Shown here in pieces: positions 52,157-64,000 of a DNA stretch of 64,000 nucleotides. Location of the stretch: contig CM039000.1 of assembly GCA_017499595.2 (NCBI GenBank), positions 1,736,001-1,800,000 on the forward strand. The letters run 5' to 3'. The position numbers were made by a program, and so were the translations under genes. The first letter of the stretch is position 1. Each line of letters starts with the position of its first letter. The notes beneath the pieces are model-generated. The model did no database searches and was not told the DNA's origin. It worked only from the letters and a program-made list of their open reading frames with translations. The DNA comes from Psilocybe cubensis. Taxonomy: Eukaryota.

Positions 52157-55100
52157 TCATTGTTGTAGGAGGAAGAGAGCAGTGTACGCTGGGACTGTGA
52201 TGTAGGTCGCCGATTTTAATGTCATCGTGGTCTGCTCGACAAAGGTGAAGGAATCAGCATCAGAGACTTATACGAACATGATACAAGAATTCCTACCTGC
52301 CACTTGGCCACACCAGCCTCCCCCCCAAAGTGGCGAATGAAGTACTTGCCGGTCGGGACACCCGATAGGTCGAACGAAATCGGTACGTCGGGGTTCTTGT
52401 TGACGATGACGAGGCTGAGCTTGCCCTTGGAGTTGGTCGCGGCGAACACGCCCTGTGTGTCTGGGTTCGGGGTGGACAGGTTGACCTGCACGCTCGAGCT
52501 GCCAAAGAAGGTTCCATATCTAATTTAATGGCAAATATGTCAGCCTTTTCCACACTGGGTACGATGAAGGACAAAAAATCTCACCCTCGGTAGAGCCAGT
52601 ACGCTAAACCAACGGGACCCATCTCGTCTGGGGTTGCCCAGTAGGTTGCGCTGTCCAGGCCGTATTTGCCAAATAGTCCAAGCATGTCGACGGTCACCAG
52701 TCCACCAGTAATATCAGTGTCATCTGAAGAGCTGAATTCACTGACAGAGAGCTTGGTTCCTGGGTAGTTCTCTGCAATGAGGGTCTTGAACCTCGGGATG
52801 AGATTGACGACCGTGGGGTTTGGCTGGTGGTTCTGTGGGTTGGAACCGACCCAGGATTCGTCGACGTATGTAGGATCCTATGCCGAAACAAAAAGACACG
52901 CTTGAAACGATTTGTCAATGATACAGATCAGATTACATACCCAAAGGCTGCGAGTCATCCTCAGTCTCAAGGCCTTTGCTGCGTCGTCGTTGGCACTGGT
53001 GTCTGCCTGGTAGTAGTAATGGATGTCCAGATAGTCCAGAAGCCTCTTCTTCGCGATTTTTTCTTGCTGCTTCATTTGGGCGAGGAACCATGGAAGGAAG
53101 TCGGTGTTGTTGTGTGCTGCAGTATCATCAGCGAACCCAATGACGCTCGTCCAGTCTGAGCAGAAATTCATGCGTAAGTTTTATGTGGTCAAATATGTCT
53201 CTACTCATTGAATCTTAAAGACTTACAGAACCACCATGAACAAGTAGAAGGAGCAACTACCAGAACATCTGGAAGTGCTTCCTTTGCTGCGGTCGCGAAT
53301 TGCACAACCCTGGACAACTCTTCATCGTAGCCCATAGGGCTAAAGTGTGACAAAAGCAAAAATCAGCTGGACTTCCTAACAAGTGATTTTAATGAGATAC
53401 TTACTCTGGATGCATATCCTGGTGGGTACTGCTAGCAATTTCGATTTCATTGTCAATTGCAACCATCGCCGGCTTGTTCTTCAGACCAGATAACCATTGT
53501 TTTGCGGCTGTGGTGTTCCATGCAACATATCCGCGACTCGGGTCAGTTGGAGGGCTAACGGCAGAGCCATTAGGAAGTAACCCATTCCCAGCGTCAGCAT
53601 TGTATGGATCGAACTTTTGTTGATCTATAATTGCCTTATAGTTAGCCTAGAGAAAGAAAGAAGAGAACTAAGACGAGAAAGCTAGCCTGGGTAGATGGTT
53701 TTTGGATATGAATAAGTCGAAGCATCTTTGGCAACCCAGTCAAGCCTGATTATAAGTGTTATCAGAGTTCGCCTCTATATTCGAGTAAATGTTCTTGACG
53801 TACGCAGGGATTGTCAACAAACTATCAGAGCCTGCACCTTGTACCCATTCCATCCAGTCATCAGCTTGGTCGCTACCACGGTTTTCGAAGTACCAATCGG
53901 CGCCGGCATTCGTGAAACCTCCAAACGGATTATACGCTGTGACTGCGTTGCCTCCCCACCTAGATATGGTGACACCAAGGTGTTGGATATAACTCGCAGA
54001 TGTCGGGAAATTGACGCCATATATGTGAGGGTTGATAGGGGTTTTGACTGATTGAGAGATTCTGGCACTTAAATCAGAAACCTGGGCATGTGGGATGTCA
54101 CTGAATGGGCTTTACCTTCCTTTCTGCACAGAGGGCAGAGTATACGCAAAGCTAGTACCTCCTGCGGTAATTGTTAGATTGCCTGGTTTTAATACAGACC
54201 CCAAAGTCAGGTAGGTGATTGTTTTTGAAGGAGTATCGACGGGGATGTACGTCGTAAGGTTAGCTATTTTAACGGCCTACGTGGTTGAAATGACATCATG
54301 TTGTGATTCATTTGATTGGCGCAGACGATGAGAAATACCTTTTCATTCAAAGAAACATGTATATCTGTTAGATTAACGGCACCAACAGTAGTGACAGCCA
54401 CTAGATCGTTGGCCAGAGGCTCTGCGCTGAGGAACTGAGGAGTAACCACGATTTGCTATAAAACAGATCAGCACGGTCCCTAAGCAAGTCAAGTGGAAGA
54501 ATTACATCAACAAGTACAATGTTATCAATGTGATACTATTTTCCCTTTGTAAATTGTACGTTGCATGATAGGTTACTCTACAACTCACGACGGCGCCATT
54601 GCCACCCGCCTGGAACGTGAGTCGGTCCCATGTTCCATTGCCCTGCAAAGCGGAGTTAATTATGAAGGGAATAGAAAACTCTTCTGAAAATTCGAGGCCA
54701 TACCAATTGTGCGCCACTTCCTGGAAGAGCGTTGAAGTCGATTAATAGAGAGGAGAACTGTCCATCCACAATAGTTTTACTGATTGCAGATAATAAAATA
54801 TTAGGTGACTGGCTGTTGTCTGCAGTAGATTGAATAGTTATTGTTAGATCCGGTTGGGCACCCTATAATACCAAAGCAAAAGAAAAACAGAAACTCCAGT
54901 AAGGATGGTTGCCAAAGACATGCTTAAATAAGTTGCTTACAGCGATATCGAAGCGAAGCCCTGCATAATCAGGGAATGTACCCTCTAGCTTTACAGATAA
55001 AGCTGCGTATTGCGTCGAGTTGACAAAAATTGAGCTTCCGGAAGTACCAGATATCAAGTCAGTGGCAGCAAAGTTGATATCGCTACTCCAGCTCCAGTTT

Positions 55101-55219
55101 TCCCAGCCTTGTGCGAGAGCATTGTCAGTGTAAATAGGCAAATCTTGTGTTGCACCTCTGGCGGTGGCAATTTCGATGCCCAATATTAGAAATACTAGAT
55201 GAACCTTGTTGAAAGGCAT
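52157..55219 (-). CDS. Secreted glycoside hydrolase family 44 (endoglucanase/xyloglucanase), copy A, with N-terminal beta-sandwich modules
   Basis: Signal peptide, IYTDNALAQGWENWSW, PINPHIYGVN, RWGGNA, IDNEIE, LLDYLDIHYY, RMTRSLWD, LSVSEF. Confidence 0.9.
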
Positions 55220-55999
55220 GAAAGTCGCGGAAATTTCAAAGGCTTTCGGGATGAAAAGTAAGAACCTTTTCGCCAGTATTTATGGCAAGCATATCCTGGT
55301 TTTATGGTGCCGTGTTTATGTTAGATGAATTGAGCCACATTTTCAGGTTTTACTACGGCCCAAAGTCGGTTAAACGCTCGAATGCGTCTTGACTTTCCAG
55401 CACGCAATTGAAGTTGAGTCGATGTCAAAGTACCTAGCGAGAATGGTCAGGTGGCAAAAAGCGGTCCGGTGGTGAAAGCAGCCCTTGCACACACGGATCA
55501 AAGTGTCCAGTGCAAATCCTCAAGGCCTCATCATTGGAGGTGAAGCGATGTTTCAGCAAGTTAAGGGTGATTATTTTCGTGGCTTCTTGCAGTTCACGAT
55601 GTGTTACAAAATTTGTTTGCTGATACGGATGCTGATACGGATGCTGAACTCGGGGATGGATCGGATTCATATTGAACAAAAATATTGTGGCTAAGAGAAT
55701 CAAGATGGCGTCCTTGGGCGTTCTTTTCACTGAACCTTGAAGAACAAAATCACGTGTGGTCGCTTCAGAAAAGCTTTCGAGAATGTCATAATTAGGATCA
55801 CGAATCGTTCAAATTTGCAGAGATAAATCCGCAGGAAAAAATATCTGATATGAACCAAACGAAAAGACGCACACATGAAGCTCGTATTAAATAGTAAAGT
55901 GCAACATGTGACATAGTAGGTAACCTTAGGCAACCCCGTTGTTCCAAGTAACAAAAGTGGCACAAAACTTTGTTCGTTCATCGAACTTCCTTCAAATTT

Positions 56000-58982
56000 T
56001 TATTGTTGCTGAAAGAAAATGGCAGTATAAGCGGGAACGACAATATAGTTAGTCGCTTCCAACGTGATCGTTGTCTGGAAATGCAATATTAATATGAAGG
56101 CGGAATCCATAAGACAGAACTCCTTACCTGCCACTTGGCCACACCGGCTTCACCACCGAAATGGCGGATGAAGTATTCTCCAACAGGAACATTTGCAATA
56201 TCAAAGGCAATTGGAGTGTCAGGATTTTTGTTGACAATAACAAGTGTCAGCTTGCCCCCTTCCGTTGCAGCATATACCCCCTGTGTGTCTGGGTTAGGAG
56301 TGGCCAAATTCACCTGAGCGCTAGAGCTTCCAAAGTATGTTCCGTATCTAGAGTACGGTTTTAAACGACCACTTTTGATAATCAAGTAAAAGATTGCATA
56401 CCCTCGGTATAACCAATACGCCAATCCAACGGGACCAAGCTCGTCCGGAGTAGACCAGTAGGTGGATGAATCAACCTGGTATTTGCCCCAGATACCGAGA
56501 ACGTCAACAGTAACAAGTCCACCAGTAATGTCTGTATCAGCCGTGGAACTCCATTCACTGACAGAGAATTTTGTTCCTGGGTAGTTTTGTGCAATAAGAG
56601 TTTTAAATCTTGGGACCAGATTAATGGAGGTTGGGTTCCATTGATGATTTTGGGGGTTTGATCCAACCCATGATTCATCAACGTATGATGTATCCTTCCC
56701 ACAGAACAGTTAGTAGAGAGCTAATAGCAAATAATGTTTCATCTTACCCAGAGACTTCTAGTAGCCCTCAGTCTTAGTGCCTTAGCAGCAGCATCGTTTG
56801 CGCTGGTGTCAGCCTGGAAGTAATAATGGATATCCAAGTAATCCAAAAGCCTTGAGCCCGTTGTACTTTCATGCTGTTTCATCTGCATAAGGAACCACGG
56901 CAAAAAATCAATGTTGTAGTGTGCTGCATTGTCGGTATAGCCGACTTCGCTAGTCCAATCTAACAAATATATTCAGAATATTGATCAGACAAATTAACGC
57001 AGAAAGTAACACTTACAGTACCACCACGAGCATGTGGAAGGAGCTACAACAAGAACGTCAGGAAGGGCTTCCTTGGCGGCTGTTCCGAATTCAATGACTC
57101 TGGCTAACTCTTCATCATAGCTCATCGGACTTCCAAAAAAATGGATCAGATTTAATGAAGTTGAAGTGGGAAATGATTTTGATTTACACAGGATGCATGT
57201 CTTGATGAGTATTGCTGGCAATTTCTATTTCGTTATCGATTGCTACCATGAGTGGTTTGTTAGTCAAACCGGAGAGCCATTGCTTAGCCGCTGTGCTATT
57301 CCATGGTACATAAACATTCGCCTGACTAGGAACAGGGGTAACATAGGAGCCATTTGGGAGTAAGCCATTTCCGGCATCACTGTTGTATGGGTCAAAGCTC
57401 TGCTGATCTAAAGCAGATGGCTTTAATAGAGAATATGTAGAGAAGTAAAAATGCCTGCCTGGGTAGACGGATTTCGGATAGGAATACGATGTGGCGTCCT
57501 TGGACACCCAGTCGAGGCTAAAAAGAGGATGAAAAGGAGTGAGCCCAATGCGACATGGGCAGGGTAGGGGAGAAAGATACTTGCGCAGGGACAGTCAACA
57601 AAGTCTGTGATCCAGCTCCATGGACCCATCCCATCCAATCGTCAGCTTGGCCATTATCAATGACTCTGTTTTCGAAGTACCAGTCATTTCCCGCGTTGGT
57701 GAATCCACCAAAAGGATTGTAGGCGGTCACTGCGTTACCTCCCCAACGTGAAATTGTGACACCTAAGTGTTGAATGTAGCTGGCAGAAGTTGGGAAATTG
57801 ACGCCGTAGATATGTGGGTTAATAGGGAAATTAACATCTTGTACAATGCTGACATATAGTCACAACTAAATAAATAAATTTAACAATGTACAGCGCTTCA
57901 GCACATACCTAGCATATTGCACAGCGGGCAACACGTATGAAAATGTGGAATTTCCTGCTGTGACGGTCAAATTTCCTGGTTGGAACGCGGAGTCCAGCTT
58001 CAAGTAGGTTATAGTCTTGGAAGGCGTGTCAACTGGGTTATAAGTGGTCTGATTCACGACTTTGAGTTTCTGTAAATGTATTCAGATTAGCGCCTCGGTA
58101 CAGGAGGTACTGTTTTTTACCTCTCCGTTTTGAGAGATGTTAATGTCGGTCAAGTCAACAGCTCCGACCGTAGTAACAGCCACAACATTGTTGGTAATTG
58201 GCTCTGCACTTAGAAATTGTGGGGTAATAGTTATTTCCTGCGTGCTCATGCTCATTGGCATGTTGACACAAATTAGCTACACAACTCACGCTGACAAGAA
58301 CGATATTGTCGATGTGGTACTATTTGATGCAATGAATAGAGATGTTTTTGTTTTAATATGCCACTTACAAAAGCACCATTGCCCCCTGCTTGAAATGTAA
58401 GACGATCCCAGGTTCCAGCTCCCTACAAAAATTAATGAGACTTTTCAGCAATGTCACGAGACGTCAAAACAAACCAATTGAGCACCGCTTCCAGGCAGGT
58501 TGTTGAAATCAATTAGAAGGGAGGAGAATTGTCCATCAACAATAGTCTTGCTGATGCTAGACAAGGCAATATTTGGAGACTGGCTGTTATCAGTGGTGGA
58601 TTGAACAACTATTGTCAAGTCCGGTTGTACACCCTAAACACGATAGATCCATAATGAAAAAGTGTAACAATCATATAGAGCAGATATGTAGACTCACAGC
58701 AATGTCGAAGCGAAGCCCAGCGTAGTCGGGGAATGTACCTTCCAGCTTTACCGAAAGCGCAGCGTACTGGCTAGAGTTTACAGATATTGAACTTCCACTG
58801 GAACCAGAAAATAAATCAGTGGCAGCGAAGTTAATGTCGCTACTCCAGCTCCAATTTTCCCATCCCTGAACAAGTGCATTGTCTGTATAGATTGCCAAAT
58901 CTTCTGTCGCGCATTGAACCCCTTTGGGCGCCAAAGACGCGACAAAGAGTGCCAAGCGTAGGAAGTAATGTTTGGAGAGCAT
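56000..58982 (-). CDS. Secreted glycoside hydrolase family 44, copy B (tandem paralog of copy A)
   Basis: Same motif order and intron positions as copy A; signal peptide MLSKHYFLRLALFVASLAPKGVQC, IDNEIE, FSVSEW. Confidence 0.9.
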
Positions 58983-60060
58983 CGCCGAAATTCGAGTGGG
59001 CCCTTTGCAGAAGTTTCCACAAGTTTTCAAAGTCCATTTAGTCCGTGTTTCTATAGAGGTGGCAGGTTGCAATAATGGCTGGACGGCCGGAATTCGGTTA
59101 ATCAAGTCAAGAAGGATAATATGCGGGTTATTAGACTAGCATGGTTAGAACCTGTCCAAATTACAACCACCAACGAATCGAGAGTCATGTGTCGAGGAAA
59201 GTACACCGCTACACTACCTTCTCTGCAAAAAAGAGGTTGGGGATCTACTTCGTGAGCATGTGGGCCACTAGGTACGAAGTCGCGTTGGGACCATGAAGGG
59301 CCCGAAGTGCGAAGTTCTAAACTTTTTACTTTTCAACATGTAAGTCAAAGCAATGGACTTTTCACTTACCCATCGGAAGTCCTTCATAAATTTGTCACTT
59401 GTGCAAGAATCGCCGTCCTGGATTGACTTTATCCGAGAGGGAATCCGAGCGCGACAGATCACAATGTCTGGTGCAAAGATAGGGACAGTCGCGAACAAGA
59501 AATTTGTAACGTAGATGCATCTTGTACACGATCAATGTAATTCATTAAGATTTGAACTTTGCTTTTGAGTCTTTTAACCAGCTGGGCAAAGTGGAGTTGT
59601 TGTGGACGAGGGCCGTTTCATTACATCACTTAAGCAATCTTGTTTCCGTTAGCCCAAATAGTCCCACGATCTTATGTCAATACAACTTTCTACACGAGCA
59701 ACCCACTTTCATCGCCTGTTTTTGTTTTTTCATCACAGTATGGTCACCCCATACTCGTCGCTTGATGGTTATATATACCTTGATAACCAGAGCAATATAG
59801 TTGACGCCAATACCGGACGACGAAGAGGCCCAACTTCATTTCATTTCATCGGTTTTAATTAGCCCCATCCACCAAAATATTGACTGCGCGTCCACAGCAA
59901 TTTTAACGTGATTCCATACGGTTCATGAGTCATGGAGTACCGTAATCACGGTCCCGTTTTCTGTTGCAATCGATAACATTCCAGATCAAATCCAATTTCA
60001 AAACCTGTGGATTTTGAACGACCTTCACGACGATTTTCTTTCATCCTGCAATCATCAACC

Positions 60061-62277
60061 ATGGCTGCTCTTTCTGAATATCATGCCCAAAGGAACTCTT
60101 TAATAGACGCGGACCTTTCTCTTAGACGTGAATATCGTAATTTGCATTCGCGCTCGTCCAAGGAGTTAGAGGCGGATAAGATAATGAGGGATATACGTGC
60201 TTTAGAGGCCAAAACCGTCTGGACAGCAGATTATCCATCAATTCCTCACCCGTTCCCCGGAATGGAATTTTTGACTGGTATGGCATCTTTCTGTGGCCTC
60301 AAAACATCTAAATCGAGAAATATCAAGGCAAGAGTATTATTATGAAGACCAAGGTCTTCGAAATTCTAAGCAAAGTAGTACATTCTCCTCTGATTTTCAC
60401 TTCCTTGTTTTAAATTCTAATTCGCCTAGATGCCGAAAGGCGCGTTATTACACGCGCATTTGGATGCTACAGTCGATATCGACTTTCTGCTCCAGTTGGC
60501 ACTCAAGCAACCTGGAATTCATATTCGCCTTCACAAACCTCTATCAAAATCGAACCTTTCGACAAATTTACCCGAGTTTCGTATTTTGCCTCAAGAACAA
60601 TATTCTCAAGTGAAGAGTATATCAGATCCAACGTATTCCTTGCAAACTTGGGTCTCTTTAGTAAATGCACGAAACTTTTTCTCGCAAGAATTGGGTGGCA
60701 TGGAAGGATTTGACAAATGGCTAATTGGTACCATGACCATTAATCCGTCAGAGGCGTATGGTACATACAACACTTTGGCTAAGGTGAGTGCGATGCTGCT
60801 TCACCATAATAATATTGATCGACAACCCCTCCAGATCTGGGACAAATTTGGCACTGTTTTCCAAACGTCTACGGTTTGATTTTTCTTTAATCAGCGGCAT
60901 GCTTGGTGCTAAGAAAATAGTAATAGAATCTTTTCCATATTGAACCGATATTTGTTGAATATGTCAGGCAGTTTTTCAGGTCTATGATTGCAGATGGCAT
61001 TTCTTACGTGGAAGCACGAATTAATTTCACTCCCAAGTTAGTCTGAATTTTTCAACACGAACGTCAACTAACCAATGATACTAGACTAATGTATGGGGCA
61101 GATGGTCAATTAAATGTCCCTCACCGCACGTGGCTTCAAATATTCGAAAGGGTGATGAACGAAATTAGGGAAGAAATGAAGCAACAAAGCAGGGGTGACG
61201 ATTTTATTGGGGCAAGAGTTCGTATTTTTCAACTTCTTCTCCCTCACGTTGATTTTAAGCGACCTATAGATCATATATTCAGTGGTTCGGTCTGCTACAC
61301 CGGAGGAATTGGTTTGGTATCTAGAAGATTGCATAACGTTGAAAAAGGAATACCCACACTTAGTAGCCGGCAAGCTATGTGTATTTTTTGCATGTGTGAG
61401 AGAAAGCTAATGTGAAGTTCCAGGATTTGACCTTGTTGGGCCAGAAAATGTCCTGAACCCACTCATTTACTACGCTGAACAACTGCTGCGATTCCAAGAA
61501 CGCCAGAAGGAAGAATCGTTAGACATACCATTTATCTTTCATGCAGGCGAAACCACAGGCGACGGGACCGAAGCAGATTCCAACCTTTATGACGCAATTC
61601 TTCTTGGGACAAAACGCATTGGCCACGGGTGTGTAGTAATAAGTACTGTAATTTATCGTGTATAACTGATTTCGGTAACAGATATTCGCTCCACAGGCAT
61701 CCGAAGCTGGTAGAAGAGTGTAGGCAAAAAGGTATCGCTGTCGAGGTCTGCCCAATTTCGTAAGTTATCGTTTATGAAATTCGTATAAATTAAAGTTGAC
61801 AAGATTTAATAGAAACGAAATCCTGGTACGCTTCACCGCTAATATGGCCAGGATGCTGATTTAAATATGAGTTTTTGCAGCGATTAACTTCTTCGATGCC
61901 TATGCATCCATTGCCTGCTTTACTAAACTACGGTGTACCGGTTGCTCTGTGTTCTGATGACCCAGCGGTGTTTGGAAGCATGGGTCTCACGTACGACTTT
62001 TTCCAGGTATATTACTACTGTTGTTGCAGCTCGGGGTGTGCTTATAGACGAGTCAGGTATTTGTCGCCAGCGAGATCACTGGACTAAGTACGCTGGGTGC
62101 ACTTGCGAGAGACAGCATTGAGGTGGGTACAGCAGACCAGTTCCGATGCATGACCGAACTAAAAGAGCACAGTTCTCTACGCTGGAGAAGGCAGAGAAGG
62201 AGAGGGCACTGGGAGTATTCGAAAGAAGATGGAGCGAATTTGTAGAATATATTGTGGTAGAATACGGGGCAAAGTGA
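60061..62277 (+). CDS. ADA2/ADGF (CECR1)-type adenosine deaminase
   Basis: MPKGALLHAHLDA, AGFDLVG, IFHAGET, TKRIGHG, EVCPIS|NE, CSDDP. Confidence 0.93.
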
Positions 62278-62589
62278 GCTGGTGTGTTTTGTATGTATGT
62301 GTTTGTAGCAGTATTTAGGGGACAAGTGGGACGAGGACAGGTCTTAGTCTTTTCTGATTTGACATCAACACTGAGCAGCGCCGTCGTTTCTTTCTCGTCT
62401 GAGGTATGTACAATCAACTTTGTAATGTTCCCAACCTCCTGCCTCGCATTCCCCTCACATCCATCCCTGCCATTCCATCAGACCATACCACACCTCCAAG
62501 TCATCCCATCCCCTTGGCATCGCACCCCCAATCCAATCCCTTCACAAACCCAGAGCTAACGAAAAGAACCGTTGAACTAAATTACGACC

Positions 62590-64000
62590 ATGCCAGACGC
62601 CGAATCTAACCGCAAGAGGTCGCGCTCGCCCTCCGACAACGAGCAGCAGAAAACCTACAAGCGTGCCAACACGGGCGCAACCGCCGTGGATGGCTCATCG
62701 GCCAACGCCACGGGTCCCGTTTCCCAGTCCTCAGATATCAGCATGGCCGACTCTGGACTAGCCACCAGCACCAAGCAGGCGAATGACACAAATTCATCTA
62801 CTCCCAATTCAAGTCGCAACGATGCTAAGAAGGACGACCAGAAGACCGCCCCTTCAGGCGACAATAAGGACTCAGCGACTACAACGGGCGAACCTTCTTC
62901 TTCATCGACCACGACAGCTGCTCCCTCTGCCAACATTCATATGCGCTGTTTGATCGTTACCCAAGACGCTTCCATCATCATTGGTAAAGGCGGGTCCCAT
63001 GTCAATGAAATCCGCGAGAAGAGTGGTGCTCGAGTGATGGTTTCAGAGAGCATTCCTGGTAACCCAGAACGTATTCTCAATGTCAGCGGTCCTCTCGATG
63101 CAGTGTCAAAGGTCATTATCCATTGTCCTTTTCTAGTGTGCCTCTGTACTTATTCATCTTTATCTTCTATGCATATAAGGCTTTTGGGCTCATCGTACGG
63201 AGGATTAATGATGAACCATTTGATGTGCCTTCAGTTCCGGGAAGCCGTGCTGTCACCATCAAATTCATGATTCCCAACTCCAGAATGGGATCCGTCATTG
63301 GCAAACAAGGTTCCAAAATCAAGGAAATTCAAGATGCTAGTGGTGCCAGGCTCAACGCCAGTGAAGGGATGCTTCCAGGCTCGACAGAGGTTTGTTTCTA
63401 TTGGTCAACTCCCAATAATTCAACACTGATGTGACCCACAGAGGGTTCTCAGTGTAGCTGGTGTCGCTGATGCCATCCATATAGCAACGTACTACATCGG
63501 AAATATCCTCATCGAAGCACAAGAAAAAATGCCTTCTTATGCCAATTCTAATTCTAGCTACCGTCCTTCCAATAACCCACGTGGCAACGGACGCTCTGGT
63601 GGAGGAGGCCCCGGAGGTTCCTCATATGTTCCTCAGGGAGGATACAATCCTGGTTCAACCTATGCACCTCACAACCCCCCTACACAACTACAGACCCAGC
63701 AAATCTACATACCTAATGATTTGGTGGGTTGTATTATTGGCAAAGGGGGCAGTAAAATCAATGAGATACGACACATGAGTGCCAGCCAGATCAAAATTAT
63801 GGAACCTGGCGCTGTAGGGCAAGGTGTGAATGGTGCCCCTGCCCCTGCTGGCCAAGAAGGGGAGAGATTAGTGGTTATCACTGGCCAGCCAGCAAACATT
63901 CAGATGGCGGTTCAGCTCCTCTATCACGTAAGTGGTAATAGCACTTTTCGTTATTATGTGGCTGATTAAACATTCCCATTAGCGATTAGAGCAGGAGAAA
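62590..64000 (+). CDS. Triple KH-domain RNA-binding protein (Rnc1/Pbp2/PCBP-like); 3' end runs off the window
   Basis: Three GxxG loops: IIIGKGGSHV, SVIGKQGSKI, CIIGKGGSKI. Confidence 0.93.

Overview
This is a gene-dense, intron-rich eukaryotic window. Short (~50-60 nt) introns, frequent microexons and the gene content indicate a mushroom-forming basidiomycete (Agaricomycetes); the taxon is inferred, not looked up. About 25 protein-coding genes can be assembled from split ORFs: SCY1-like kinase 3' end, Hrq1 helicase, TRS23, glutaminyl cyclase, a MYND protein, NAD(P)HX epimerase, an unknown coiled-coil protein, PI4-kinase STT4, meiotic HORMA protein Hop1, GPI10, an EF-hand type-II NADH dehydrogenase, a polyQ YTH m6A reader, a TilS-like lysidine synthetase, an alpha/beta hydrolase, Srp40, RIB4, GTR1, a Rap1-like BRCT-Myb protein, DOA1, a histidine phosphatase, VCX1, two tandem GH44 genes, an ADA2-type deaminase and a KH protein. 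I found no tRNA, rRNA, CRISPR array or recognisable transposon. The most notable observations are: (1) an apparently obligatory ATAAGT...TAC (AT-AC) intron plus an 8-nt microexon in the STT4 activation segment; (2) an unannotated GC-rich, hairpin/pseudoknot-rich element with a minus-strand intron beside TilS; (3) a Rap1-like protein with a duplicated C-terminal motif instead of an RCT domain; (4) a possible SYCP3-like axis protein near HOP1; (5) GH44 paralogs with a shared GC-AG intron but very different GC3; (6) an in-frame (GCGGGG)6 repeat. CDS coordinates are start-to-stop spans including introns, all derived by eye.
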